Source: Candidatus Saccharimonadota bacterium
Lineage (GTDB): Bacteria > Patescibacteriota > Saccharimonadia > Saccharimonadales > Saccharimonadaceae
Direction of reading: 5' to 3'
NCBI GenBank assembly: GCA_017511645.1
Contig: JAFWJH010000003.1
Coordinates: forward strand, 70,297 to 102,296
Length of the DNA stretch: 32,000 nucleotides
Shown: positions 1-8,759 of the stretch, piece after piece
Layout: the number at the start of each line of letters is the position of its first letter
Numbering within the stretch: the stretch's first letter is position 1
Notes under the pieces: model-generated
Databases searched by the model: none
What the model was told of the DNA's origin: nothing
The model's input: only the letters and a program-made list of their open reading frames with translations
Translations under genes and position numbers: made by a program

Positions 1-152
1 CTGCCGCGCTCCGAAATTCCTTCGAACACAGTTGCATGGAATTACCAAATAACTCACATATTGCCAAACTAGTCGCCCGAATTGACGAGGAAGCACACCG
101 GTTCGCGATCACATACCATTCTTTACTCAAAAGAAAAAATATGCTAAAGTAG
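1..152 (+). CDS. uvrC: UvrC C-terminus (partial; 5' end outside window)
   Basis: The frame ending TAG at 150-152 translates to ...LPNNSHIAKLVARIDEEAHRFAITYHSLLKRKNMLK, matching the typical UvrC C-terminal 'RI.DEAHRFAITYH' motif. Confidence 0.8.
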   Translation, partial: AALRNSFEHSCMELPNNSHIAKLVARIDEEAHRFAITYHSLLKRKNMLK

Positions 153-168
153 ACATAGGAGTTATTTT

Positions 169-396
169 ATGCAATTAGGAAGTTTTCTAGAAGTTATTAC
201 TTTTATTTCGGCGATTTTGACAATTCTTTTGATTTTACTACAACAACGTGGCGCGTCGCTTGGTGCTGGGTTTGGCAGCTCGGGTGAGCTCTATACTACT
301 CGTCGAGGGCTAGAAAAGTCGCTATTTATTGCTACGATTGTGTTTGCCGTTATCTTCGTATTATCGATTTTGGGGCTATTATTAATTCCGGCATAA
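169..396 (+). CDS. secG: Preprotein translocase subunit SecG
   Basis: 75 aa, two TM segments, central 'LLILLQQRGASLGAGFGSSGE' SecG-type motif. Confidence 0.85.
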   Translation: MQLGSFLEVITFISAILTILLILLQQRGASLGAGFGSSGELYTTRRGLEKSLFIATIVFAVIFVLSILGLLLIPA

Positions 397-397
397 T

Positions 398-2125
398 ATG
401 AAAAGTTCTATCAAAAAGCGTGGGCAAAAGTTTATTAGAAGGTTTTCGCGTGCCTCAACTAGAGCAAGCGAAGAGAGCAAAGAGCATATTAAGGAAAACC
501 TGTTAGCCCGCATTTCACACATCGAGAATATCCGGCTGTTGATTTTTGAATGGGGGCTGCTGGTGGCGATGTTGATTATGTTGGCGATTACGCAAGCGTT
601 TTGGTTTGCTGATTCCTATTCAGAGAATGCCTTTAGCAATGGTGGGACTTATACAGAGGCGACGATCGGCGACGTGAGCTCACTCAACCCATTATTTGCC
701 ACCACTAATAGCGAAAAAGTGCTAAGCCGTCTGATGTTTGCTACGATTTCGACGATTGACTACTCTGGGCATCCTGGCGTCGGCCTGGCGCAGTCAATTT
801 TACCGAGTGAGGACGGTAAAGTTTGGACTATGGTGCTGCGCGACGACCTAAAATGGTCTGACGGCGAGCCGATTACAAACGCAGATGTGTTATTCACGAT
901 AGGTCTAATCAAAAACCCATCGGTAAACTCAATTTACGATTCAAACTTTTCCAATGTCAAGGTGAGCGAAAACGAGCAAGGTGAGATAGTATTTACCTTG
1001 CCATCTACTTACGCGGACTTTATCTCGGCGCTTAATGTGCCGGTACTACCTAAACATAAACTTGAAAATGTCGACCCAAAGACTTTGATCGAAGATAGTT
1101 TTTCGAACGCGCCAGTAACGTCGGGGGCGTTCACTTTTAATGCTTTGCAGTCTACTTCGGTGAGTGAAGAAAAGGTATATTATTTGTCAGCTAACCCGTA
1201 TTATTATAAGGGCGAGGGGTTGCTAAGTGGGTTTGCAGTACATACTTATAAAGACAAGGATGCGATAATAAATGCGCTTAATTCCGGTGCAGTGACGGCA
1301 ACAGCGGAGCTTTCTGCAGCTGATAAAGAACGTGTAAAATCAGCACAGTTCCAGCAAAAAAACTCCAGCCTAAACTCGGGGGCTTATATCTTCTTTAACA
1401 CTAATAGCGAAGCGATAAAAAATGCTGAGGTGCGCGCGGCAATCCGGCAGGGAATCGATATTGAGAAGATCCGTGCGGTAGCTACCGATACAGCGGCACT
1501 AGATTATCCTTTACTAGATTCGCAGATCGAGCTGTCGACATATCCGGAAATACCGACACGAGATTACGAAGCAGCAAAGGCAAAACTTGGTGATACTACT
1601 GCTATTCAATTAGAAGTCGCGACGATTAACTCTGGGTATTTACCCGGCGTAGCAGATGCGGTAGCAAATGAATTGAGAAACCTTGGCTTTGAAGTAAATG
1701 TATCCACTTATGACGAGAATCAAGAATTTATAAACAATGTGATCGCAAAACGGGCATATGATATTTTGATCTACGAAGTAGAGCTTGGTGCGGCGCCAGA
1801 CCCGTTGCCGTATTATCATTCTTCGCAAGCATCGAGTGCTGGGCTAAACTTATCTAATTACCGTAACACATTAGTGGACGATTTATTACTTGGTGCGCGC
1901 GATACTCTAGATCAAACCTTACAGGCTAAAAAGTATGAGACGTTTCTGAACTATTGGGTGACCGGTGTGCCAGCAATTGGCTTATATCAGCCGAACTTGA
2001 CGTATTTTTACAATCGCAATGTGAGGACGTTTAATAATGATATCCGACTAGTAACGGCGTTGGATAGGTTCACTGATATTACCGATTGGGCGGTAACGAA
2101 AGCGACCAAGAATAAGACACCGTAA
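398..2125 (+). CDS. ABC transporter substrate-binding protein, peptide/family 5 (OppA-like), N-terminal membrane anchor
   Basis: 575 aa; single TM near the N-terminus, then 'ATIGDVSSLNPLFATTNSEKVLSRLMFATISTID...LRDDLKWSDGEPITNADVLFTI', typical SBP family 5. Confidence 0.88.
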   Translation: MKSSIKKRGQKFIRRFSRASTRASEESKEHIKENLLARISHIENIRLLIFEWGLLVAMLIMLAITQAFWFADSYSENAFSNGGTYTEATIGDVSSLNPLFATTNSEKVLSRLMFATISTIDYSGHPGVGLAQSILPSEDGKVWTMVLRDDLKWSDGEPITNADVLFTIGLIKNPSVNSIYDSNFSNVKVSENEQGEIVFTLPSTYADFISALNVPVLPKHKLENVDPKTLIEDSFSNAPVTSGAFTFNALQSTSVSEEKVYYLSANPYYYKGEGLLSGFAVHTYKDKDAIINALNSGAVTATAELSAADKERVKSAQFQQKNSSLNSGAYIFFNTNSEAIKNAEVRAAIRQGIDIEKIRAVATDTAALDYPLLDSQIELSTYPEIPTRDYEAAKAKLGDTTAIQLEVATINSGYLPGVADAVANELRNLGFEVNVSTYDENQEFINNVIAKRAYDILIYEVELGAAPDPLPYYHSSQASSAGLNLSNYRNTLVDDLLLGARDTLDQTLQAKKYETFLNYWVTGVPAIGLYQPNLTYFYNRNVRTFNNDIRLVTALDRFTDITDWAVTKATKNKTP

Positions 2126-2229
2126 TTTACCCCTGTGATCTTGACTTTTATTAAGAAGTGTGATATAATTAGGAATGAGGCTTGCTTCAGGGCCTTGAAA
2201 ATTGACAGATTGGAGTGTGATTTTAGATC

Positions 2230-2964
2230 ATGACAAGAACTGAAGGTAATTTCGTTACGATGGTATGCATCAGTAAGAAAGAGATAGTTGAAGCAATCAA
2301 CAAAAATGACTGCAAGGCCATAATTGAGATGTTGGAGGGGTCTGGTTTTAGTAAAGGCGATACCCCACCCCATTTCGTTCCTGCCGCGAGAGATTTTTTA
2401 ACCACATTATTGGCTACCGCAGCGGCATCAGCCGCAAAAGGGACGCTTGATAAGAAAATTGCTGAAATATTAATTGAGCATGCAGCAATTGCTGTACGGG
2501 TTTTTAATTTTATCCTGCCGGCACGTGTTTATCTTGAGCCTACCGAAAATCTGATAAACTTCGGAGATATTCCCAAAGATATCAGAAAGGCGATCAAAGA
2601 AGACAATACCAGTAAAAAGATTTTAAACAAAATCTCCTCGCTCGAAAAGAACCGCTTTGTTCTGTTGATTGATTATTTGCTGAGCGGTGAAGTAGAAACC
2701 ATTAGCGGCTACTTCACCCCCACGATTCTCCGGTATTTCTATGAAATAATACCCGATGGATTATTCTTTGCCTTAATGGCGACATCCCTTAAAGAACCGG
2801 TGTCTGAAATCGGAATCGGAATGGTAGATCTGGGAGATCTCATGTCTATGCTCGATAGTGTATGTGTAGGGAATGATGAAGACAAAAACGAAAGTTGCAC
2901 TTGCGACGAAAGCTGCAGCGAAGGGGGATGCTGCGACGAATGCGGCAAGTGTGAGAATAATTAA
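2230..2964 (+). CDS. Hypothetical protein with Cys-rich C-terminal tail
   Basis: 244-aa ORF with upstream TGGAG and a TGATATAAT promoter-like element; tail CTCDESCSEGGCCDECGKCENN. No recognised family. Confidence 0.6.
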   Translation: MTRTEGNFVTMVCISKKEIVEAINKNDCKAIIEMLEGSGFSKGDTPPHFVPAARDFLTTLLATAAASAAKGTLDKKIAEILIEHAAIAVRVFNFILPARVYLEPTENLINFGDIPKDIRKAIKEDNTSKKILNKISSLEKNRFVLLIDYLLSGEVETISGYFTPTILRYFYEIIPDGLFFALMATSLKEPVSEIGIGMVDLGDLMSMLDSVCVGNDEDKNESCTCDESCSEGGCCDECGKCENN

Positions 2965-2980
2965 CTCCAATCACCCCCCA

Positions 2981-3012
2981 GCGCCCCTTATGGTAAGGGG
3001 CGCATTTTCGTG
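2981..3012 (+). terminator. GC-rich hairpin after the 2230-2964 ORF (probable terminator)
   Basis: GCGCCCCTTA-TGG-TAAGGGGGCGC (one-base bulge) followed by ATTTTCG. Confidence 0.6.
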
Positions 3013-3017
3013 TATCA

Positions 3018-3046
3018 AAAAATGCCCTAGAGGCATCTTTTTTTCG
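3018..3046. terminator. Bidirectional Rho-independent terminator
   Basis: AAAAAATGCC-CTAGA-GGCATCTTTTTTT; 5-bp stem flanked by an A-run and a T-run. Confidence 0.65.
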
Positions 3047-3306
3047 TGGTGCGCGTAATCCAAATCTTTACGAACCACTCTGTAACGCAATTGATTACAT
3101 AATTTCGCATTCGGACTACCGCCCTACTTATATTCTAGTTGAAAGCAATATAATTGTCAATGAACGAGATTTTATATATTAGGGCTATGACAGCCAATGC
3201 ATTTACGAACCAGTAATACAAAAATAAGTGAATAATGCTAAGTAGGACAACCTAACACCATCATTGTCATCGTAAAAGCTCTCTTTAGAGCTTCCATTGT
3301 CAATGT

Positions 3307-3312
3307 TATAAT
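3307..3312 (+). promoter_or_regulatory. -10 element of a putative promoter for the 3358 ORF
   Basis: CAATGTTATAATGGG about 46 bp upstream of the ATG. Confidence 0.45.
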
Positions 3313-3357
3313 GGGAATAATACCGCTTTAAGCGCATCCCTAAGAGAAAAGGGCAAT

Positions 3358-3798
3358 ATGGTAAAAAGCCGTATCTACAAGAAGCCAAAGAATGGCGGAC
3401 CGATAGAAGTCACCGCAAGGCAACTAACCGAATTATACGAAAAACACGAAGGTATACTCACCTCGCGTCAATATAATGACTTAAAAGAAATGGTGCTCGT
3501 CGATTCGAGCGTTCGTGATGCTAAATGGGCGCTTAGGGAGTTTGATGACGAGACTTTGCTTGGAACTTGGGACAAAGAAATGCGCTATGGCTACGGAAAA
3601 CGCATTTATATTCACTTAGACCGCGAAGACGAGGATAAATATTATTTCTCTCTCGCCTATATCCCACGTGCCCTAAATAACCGCGACGTAAACGAGGCGA
3701 TTTTGCGCATGTATTTTGTCCGGCGTTGGTCGGTTGAGAAGCGCTTTTTGTGGGCGGAACCAATCGATATTACGCCGAGCTATGGTAACGATTTTTAG
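3358..3798 (+). CDS. Hypothetical protein, 146 aa
   Basis: ORF with upstream promoter-like TATAAT; charged, balanced composition; no family recognised. Confidence 0.55.
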   Translation: MVKSRIYKKPKNGGPIEVTARQLTELYEKHEGILTSRQYNDLKEMVLVDSSVRDAKWALREFDDETLLGTWDKEMRYGYGKRIYIHLDREDEDKYYFSLAYIPRALNNRDVNEAILRMYFVRRWSVEKRFLWAEPIDITPSYGNDF

Positions 3799-3919
3799 AA
3801 AATAAAACTACAATAAGTCAATGGAGGGTATCCACTTGATCACAAACGGTGTTTCGGTCTGTTTCGTGCATAAAACAGGGGTAGAAATTTTTCTTGACGA
3901 GAAATGGTGAGATATGTTA

Positions 3920-4909
3920 TTATTTACCGTTAATTTTGGCTTCAATTTCAGCAAGTTCAGTTATCAAATCATCAAAATCTGGACGTTCACCATAAATCAT
4001 GCCTGCCATCTTTGAATAATCACGCTTTAAAGCTTCCTTGTGAATATTAGACGGAATAAGTTTGAGCGAACCGATTCTGGCTGAGTCATACTCTGCCCAT
4101 TTTCGCGGATAAAACTTAGCTTTAAAATCAGCAACTTGCTTTAGTAAATCAGATTGAGCTAGAGCCTTATCGAGCACGCCAAGTTTCGCCATGCGATAAA
4201 TGTCGTAATAATGACGCGATATTCTCGGAGGGACAGGCAAATCATCTGGGCGGTTAGCTTCGTGATGCAAGATTGTTGCCTTCTCCCAGAAAGTGCGTTC
4301 TGGTGTAGTAGTGCGGACCGAAACGGAAGCATCACTGAACTGCGCTGGATAGACCTCGGCGATATACGGTCGGATAGTGGAGGCTTCAGTGGGCGTCCAA
4401 GCCGCTTTGGCGCCGATTTCAAGCCGAATTACGTGCAGAATAGACTCATCTGCATAATCATTCCCATACCCGACGATAATCGCATCATCATCGTAGCCGA
4501 TATTGATGCCGCGATTTATAAGATTTGTAAGATCTTCCTTGAGTTTAGGAATGAATGTGGATCTTAAAAATTTCTCAGTCTTTACATCGAATTCCTTATT
4601 TAGCGCATCCTGTTTTGTATTCGAGCGGTTCTCTAGTGGTTCTTTCGTTCCAAAACCAATCACGCGCCAATCCAAAATTAAATCAATATCTTCGGAAAAA
4701 CGCTCGATGAGATTAAAAGCCTTAGATAAACTCGTGCCGCCTTTAAAAGCAAGATTATCTTTCCATGGGCTTTTAGTAAAAAGATAGTCGAGGATAGCAC
4801 AAACGAAGAGGTCTTTTTCGATAATGGCAGGACTTAAATTTTTAGCTTCAGAAACTTTTCCAATGATTATTGATAATTCATCCTTCGGAAGATTTACTAG
4901 ATCATACAT
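3920..4909 (-). CDS. abiEii: Nucleotidyl transferase AbiEii/AbiGii toxin family protein (type IV TA toxin)
   Basis: 'LKGGTSLSKAFNLIERFSEDIDLILDW' (GG[TS]xL..K and DxDL nucleotidyltransferase signature) and 'TFWEKATILHHEANRP', typical of AbiEii. Confidence 0.9.
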   Translation of the reverse strand: MYDLVNLPKDELSIIIGKVSEAKNLSPAIIEKDLFVCAILDYLFTKSPWKDNLAFKGGTSLSKAFNLIERFSEDIDLILDWRVIGFGTKEPLENRSNTKQDALNKEFDVKTEKFLRSTFIPKLKEDLTNLINRGINIGYDDDAIIVGYGNDYADESILHVIRLEIGAKAAWTPTEASTIRPYIAEVYPAQFSDASVSVRTTTPERTFWEKATILHHEANRPDDLPVPPRISRHYYDIYRMAKLGVLDKALAQSDLLKQVADFKAKFYPRKWAEYDSARIGSLKLIPSNIHKEALKRDYSKMAGMIYGERPDFDDLITELAEIEAKINGK

Positions 4910-4910
4910 C

Positions 4911-5510
4911 TTAAACCTCGCAAATCTTCTTTATTACTTCGTAAATCCAATTCGTAGTAGGCTTTGCTTCGGCTAGTAGTTTCTCTTTTTCCGCAACCGA
5001 AGTTTTTCCAGCTAACTGCTCAATAATATCTTTCGAGGCATGCTCAGGCCCCAAAGCCTTAATAGCCTGTATGATAAGCATTGTTTTTCTCGACATACCA
5101 TTTAGTTCTCGATCTGCACGGTGGATAAAGTTGATGGAACGATTATCGATTTGATAGCTTTTCGAGTCGCCACTGCTAAGATATTCCCACTTTGCTGGAA
5201 CTTGCGTTGAAAGGCCGAGTAAGTTTAAGGCCGTATTGCCGTCTGGAGCGATAGTCCAGTTATTCTTGCGTGCGATTGTCTCAGCAACAGCATTAATGTC
5301 TGGCGCTGAATTTTCCTGTAGGATTTCAGAAAAAGCTGGTTTATCGTAAATACCGGGTAAAATTCGACGAATCTTACCTTCGCCTTCGAGACGAGAAAAG
5401 ATTTGACGAAGATTATTATCTGCTGTTATATCAGCAAAATCAGAGGTCGTGAAAACACTACCGTCTGGCATATCTATAATTCTTTTTTCAGCTAATTCGT
5501 GATTGCTCAT
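4911..5510 (-). CDS. abiEi: AbiEi/DUF6088-like type IV TA antitoxin, winged-helix
   Basis: Directly upstream of the toxin; 'SRLEGEGKIRRILPGIYDKPAFSE' wHTH-like region and 'NALNLLGLSTQVPAKWEYLSSG'. Confidence 0.8.
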   Translation of the reverse strand: MSNHELAEKRIIDMPDGSVFTTSDFADITADNNLRQIFSRLEGEGKIRRILPGIYDKPAFSEILQENSAPDINAVAETIARKNNWTIAPDGNTALNLLGLSTQVPAKWEYLSSGDSKSYQIDNRSINFIHRADRELNGMSRKTMLIIQAIKALGPEHASKDIIEQLAGKTSVAEKEKLLAEAKPTTNWIYEVIKKICEV

Positions 5511-5537
5511 ATTTTTCTCCTTAAATCCATTATACTC

Positions 5538-5571
5538 TATGTAACGAAAATTGGGTAGTTTTCGTTACATA
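5538..5571. promoter_or_regulatory. Probable AbiEi operator: perfect 13-bp inverted repeat, 8-nt spacer
   Basis: TATGTAACGAAAA (5538-5550) / TTTTCGTTACATA (5559-5571), directly upstream of a minus-strand TATAAT (about 5530-5535) reading into the antitoxin. Confidence 0.75.
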
Positions 5572-5594
5572 ATAAATTCTAAGAAGCTGGATTA

Positions 5595-5603
5595 TGATAT
5601 AAT
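5595..5603 (+). promoter_or_regulatory. Extended -10 promoter (TGATATAAT) for the glycosyltransferase
   Basis: TATGATATAATACG, 31 bp upstream of the ATG at 5634. Confidence 0.6.
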
Positions 5604-5633
5604 ACGTAAGAGATAACAAAGAATAAACTTAAT

Positions 5634-6782
5634 ATGAAAATATTATTTTCATCTGACGTGTGTGAATACCAAATAAGCGGGGCTCATAATTCAAACGCTG
5701 CATTAAAAGATGAGCTAAGAAAACTGGGGCATGATGTCCGGATGCTTGTTTTATCTCCAAACGGTAAATCATATTTTAAGGATAATAATTATTATATTGC
5801 GTCTAAGCCGATTCCGGTTTATCCGGGGGCAAGGTTTAGTTTAAAAACACATGATAAGTTGATACAAAAAATCATAGATTGGAAACCCGATATTGTCCAT
5901 GCTCAATCAGAATTTACCACTAAAATTCTTGCAAATAAAATAATAAAAACCCTCAATATTCCATTTGTGGCAACATGCCATACATTATACGAAGATTATA
6001 CTGAATATTTTTGCCCAAACAAGAAACTTGGCAAGAAAATTGTGAAAATTATGAGCAATAAAATCTATAACACTTCGGCGACGCTAATTGTCCCGTCGGA
6101 AAAGGTAAAAGCTGTAATGGAAAAATATGGTATAAAATGCCCGATAGAAATCATTCCTTCCGGTATAGATATGAATATCTATAAGAAAAGATTGCCCAAA
6201 AAAGAAAAAACGAAAATTTTATCCGAATTAGGTTTGCAAAATTCTAATAAATATTTAGTAACAGTATGCAGATTGGCAGCAGAAAAGAATATAGATGAGT
6301 TACTTAGGTATTTGCCAGCATTAACAAAAAGAGACAAAGACATAAAACTAATCATAGTGGGGGATGGACCATATAAAACAAAATTAGTTAAGGAAATAAA
6401 TAAATTGGATATGAGTGACCATGTGATTTTTACCGGTGCGATTTTGCGAGATGAAATATACAAATATTATCAATTGGGGAATATTTTCGTATCAGCATCA
6501 ACGAGTGAGACGCAAGGGCTAACATATGTAGAGGCATTAGCATCTGGGATGCCCATGGTCTGCAAAAAAGATAAATGTCTAGATAGGATAATAGAAAAAG
6601 GTAGCAACGGATTTGTTTTTGAAAATGAAGATGATTTTATAGAAGGTGTTGAGTCTATATTAAACAATAAGATATTGATGGATGATATGCATAAAAATTC
6701 CTTGAAAAAATCCAATAATTTTAGCAAAGAAGAGTTTGGTATAAAAGTCGAAAGATTATATAAAAAAGTATTAGACATATAG
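5634..6782 (+). CDS. GT4-family glycosyltransferase (diacylglycerol glucosyltransferase-like)
   Basis: 'SGAHNSNAALKDELRKLGHDVRML', 'HAQSEFTTKILANK', 'TCHTLYEDYT', 'IIPSGIDMNIY', 'FVSASTSETQGLTYVEALASGMPMV': GT4 donor-site signature. Confidence 0.85.
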   Translation: MKILFSSDVCEYQISGAHNSNAALKDELRKLGHDVRMLVLSPNGKSYFKDNNYYIASKPIPVYPGARFSLKTHDKLIQKIIDWKPDIVHAQSEFTTKILANKIIKTLNIPFVATCHTLYEDYTEYFCPNKKLGKKIVKIMSNKIYNTSATLIVPSEKVKAVMEKYGIKCPIEIIPSGIDMNIYKKRLPKKEKTKILSELGLQNSNKYLVTVCRLAAEKNIDELLRYLPALTKRDKDIKLIIVGDGPYKTKLVKEINKLDMSDHVIFTGAILRDEIYKYYQLGNIFVSASTSETQGLTYVEALASGMPMVCKKDKCLDRIIEKGSNGFVFENEDDFIEGVESILNNKILMDDMHKNSLKKSNNFSKEEFGIKVERLYKKVLDI

Positions 6783-6803
6783 CCGTAATTTTGGCGGCGG
6801 GTA

Positions 6804-6812
6804 TGATATAAT
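6804..6812 (+). promoter_or_regulatory. Extended -10 promoter (TGATATAAT) at the head of the biosynthetic operon
   Basis: TATGATATAATAAAA; predicted start about 6819-6821 coincides with the 5' arm of the structured leader. Confidence 0.6.
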
Positions 6813-6820
6813 AAAAATAG

Positions 6821-6962
6821 TTCTAGATTTCAATTTCATGGTAAGTCTACCCCTAACAAGGTAGTGTGAAATATCGAACCCTGCGTGGAGCACTCGCTCC
6901 AGTTGGCTCGATAGCTTACTGTGAAAAATGAAGTCTAGAACACTCCATGGCGAGTGTTCCAC
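6821..6962 (+). ncRNA. Structured 5' leader RNA / candidate cis-regulatory element (unassigned family)
   Basis: TTCTAGATTTCA(6821-6832)/TGAAGTCTAGAA(6929-6940); CATGGTAAG(6837-6845)/CTTACTGTG(6915-6923); CTACC(6847-6851)/GGTAG(6860-6864); TATCGA(6872-6877)/TCGATA(6908-6913); TGGAGC(6886-6891)/GCTCCA(6896-6901); long-range GTGGAGCACTCGC(6885-6897)/GCGAGTGTTCCAC(6950-6962). Confidence 0.6.
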
Positions 6963-6979
6963 TTGGTTATGGGGATAGT

Positions 6980-7990
6980 ATGGAGAAAATCATGAAAAAG
7001 ATCTCACGTAGAGTATTAGTTACTGGCGCTTATGGATTTTTAGGTAAGTATGTTATTGCCGAATTTTTGGATAACGGATATATTGTCGTTGCTTTTGGCA
7101 GAAATAAGCAAAAAATGTCAGCTTTAAAGCAGCAATATCCGGAAATCGAATTGGCTTACGGAGATTTATGTAGTTCGTCAGATTGCTTAAAGGCTACGAA
7201 AAATATTAATATTGTCGCTCATCTCGGTGCACTTTCAACTGTGTGGGGTAAACGATCCGATTTTTTAAAAACCAATGTCGATGGTACTAAAAACATCTTG
7301 GAAGCCTGTCGTAAAAACAAAGTTAATAAACTCGTGTACATATCATCTCCCAGTATTTATGCTGGCAAATCCGATAAATTAGATATAGACGAAGATGATT
7401 ATGATAGAGACAACAAATTGAACTACTATATTGAAAGTAAAATTCTAGCCGAGAAAGCTATTGAGAAATATGATGACATTAATTGGACAATACTTCGCCC
7501 ACGAGGATTATTTGGGGTAGGTGATACAAGTATCGTTCCTAGACTAATACATGCTAACAAGAAAATAGGATTGCCTTTGTTTGGGGGCGGAAAGAACTAT
7601 GTAGATATGACGTGCGTCGAAAATGTCGCATACGCAGTGAGGCTCGCAGCAGAAAGTAAAAAGTCATCACATAAGATTTATAATATCACCAATGATGAGC
7701 CGCAAGAATTCAAAGGATTGCTGGAGGAATTATTTAAGCAACTTGGCGAAACACCAAGATACAAGAATATTAACTTAAGATTCGCCATCTCGACCGCAAC
7801 CGCCATAGAATCAATTTATAAGGTTTTTCATATTTATAAAGAGCCACCAATTACTAAATATACTATCTGCACTTTGGGCTATAGCCAGACTTTAAATATT
7901 GACAAAGCGAAGCGAGATTTGGGATATAAACCAAAGATGACATTAAGCGAAGGAATCGAGAAATATGCAACCAGCCATCAAAAGTGTTAA
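6980..7990 (+). CDS. NAD(P)-dependent extended SDR (epimerase / 3-beta-HSD / OleD-like reductase)
   Basis: 'RRVLVTGAYGFLGKYVIAEF' Rossmann glycine motif and 'YIESKILAEKA' YxxxK. The ORF track starts at 6947, but that start lies inside the leader structure; 6980 or 6992 (after GGAG) is more likely. Confidence 0.8.
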   Translation: MEKIMKKISRRVLVTGAYGFLGKYVIAEFLDNGYIVVAFGRNKQKMSALKQQYPEIELAYGDLCSSSDCLKATKNINIVAHLGALSTVWGKRSDFLKTNVDGTKNILEACRKNKVNKLVYISSPSIYAGKSDKLDIDEDDYDRDNKLNYYIESKILAEKAIEKYDDINWTILRPRGLFGVGDTSIVPRLIHANKKIGLPLFGGGKNYVDMTCVENVAYAVRLAAESKKSSHKIYNITNDEPQEFKGLLEELFKQLGETPRYKNINLRFAISTATAIESIYKVFHIYKEPPITKYTICTLGYSQTLNIDKAKRDLGYKPKMTLSEGIEKYATSHQKC

Positions 7991-8759
7991 GTATTTTAGT
8001 TGTGGATATTGTACAAATAACCTCGGTCGAGTTTTTAAGGGTATGCGTGGCGAAAAAAGAAAATTCCCAGCCGGAGCATTTTTGATTGAGCACGCTAAGC
8101 ATGGGCTGATTCTTTTTGATACAGGTTATTCTGCTAATATTTGTAAAACTGGTTTTGTTGGTAGAGCTTATAATTTCTTTAATCCCACATTAGTAGAAGA
8201 AAATGACGAGCTAAAGTATCAACTTAGTAAAATCGGGACTCGGCCGGAGGATATTAAGACAATCATACTGTCGCATTTGCACCCAGACCATATTGGTGGG
8301 CTTAGGAGTTTTGGCAAGGCGAATTTTATTGTCTCAAAAGAAACTATAAATACATACAAAAATAGAAGGATACGAGATTTAATAATGCAGCGTTTCTTTC
8401 CTGCCGATTTTGAAGATAGGGCTAACGTAATTTCAGATAAAATGATGGTAACTGAAGTTCTTGGTGCACTGAAAGGTTATGACTTGTTTAATGACGGCAG
8501 TTTAATTTTATTAAAGCTAGGTGGTCATGCTAGCGGTCAATTGGGCACTCTAATAGATAATAAGATTTTGTTAGCAGCAGACTCATGTTGGGGGAATGAT
8601 TTAATTGATCTATCGTACCATATGAAGTTTCCCGCATCATTAATACAGGACAATATGAGAGAATATCGTAATACCCTAGATAACTTAAAGTTATTAAAGA
8701 AAAAAGGTATTAATCTGGTATTTAGTCATGATGTAAATAATAAAAAGGAGCTACTATGA
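7965..8759 (+). CDS. MBL-fold metallo-hydrolase
   Basis: 'IILSHLHPDHIGGLRSF' HxHxDH metal-binding motif, 'LILFDTGYSAN', 'LLAADSCWG', 'FSHDVNN'. Confidence 0.88.
   Translation: MQPAIKSVKYFSCGYCTNNLGRVFKGMRGEKRKFPAGAFLIEHAKHGLILFDTGYSANICKTGFVGRAYNFFNPTLVEENDELKYQLSKIGTRPEDIKTIILSHLHPDHIGGLRSFGKANFIVSKETINTYKNRRIRDLIMQRFFPADFEDRANVISDKMMVTEVLGALKGYDLFNDGSLILLKLGGHASGQLGTLIDNKILLAADSCWGNDLIDLSYHMKFPASLIQDNMREYRNTLDNLKLLKKKGINLVFSHDVNNKKELL

Noticed and set aside
3203-3388. Minus-strand 61-aa ORF in the 3.0-3.36 kb intergenic region
   Set aside because: Overlaps the plausible promoter and start of the 3358 gene, with no recognisable domain or RBS; treated as intergenic.
4159-4787. Plus-strand ORFs inside the AbiEii gene (4159 -, 4211 +, 4503 +)
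   Set aside because: They overlap a well-supported AbiEii coding sequence and have low-complexity or atypical composition; spurious antisense/shadow ORFs.
6821-6962. Assigning the leader RNA to a known riboswitch or self-cleaving ribozyme class
   Set aside because: No hammerhead CUGANGA/GAAA core, T-box AGGGUGGNACCGCG, TPP CUGAGA or similar signature was seen; left as unassigned pending Rfam/Infernal.
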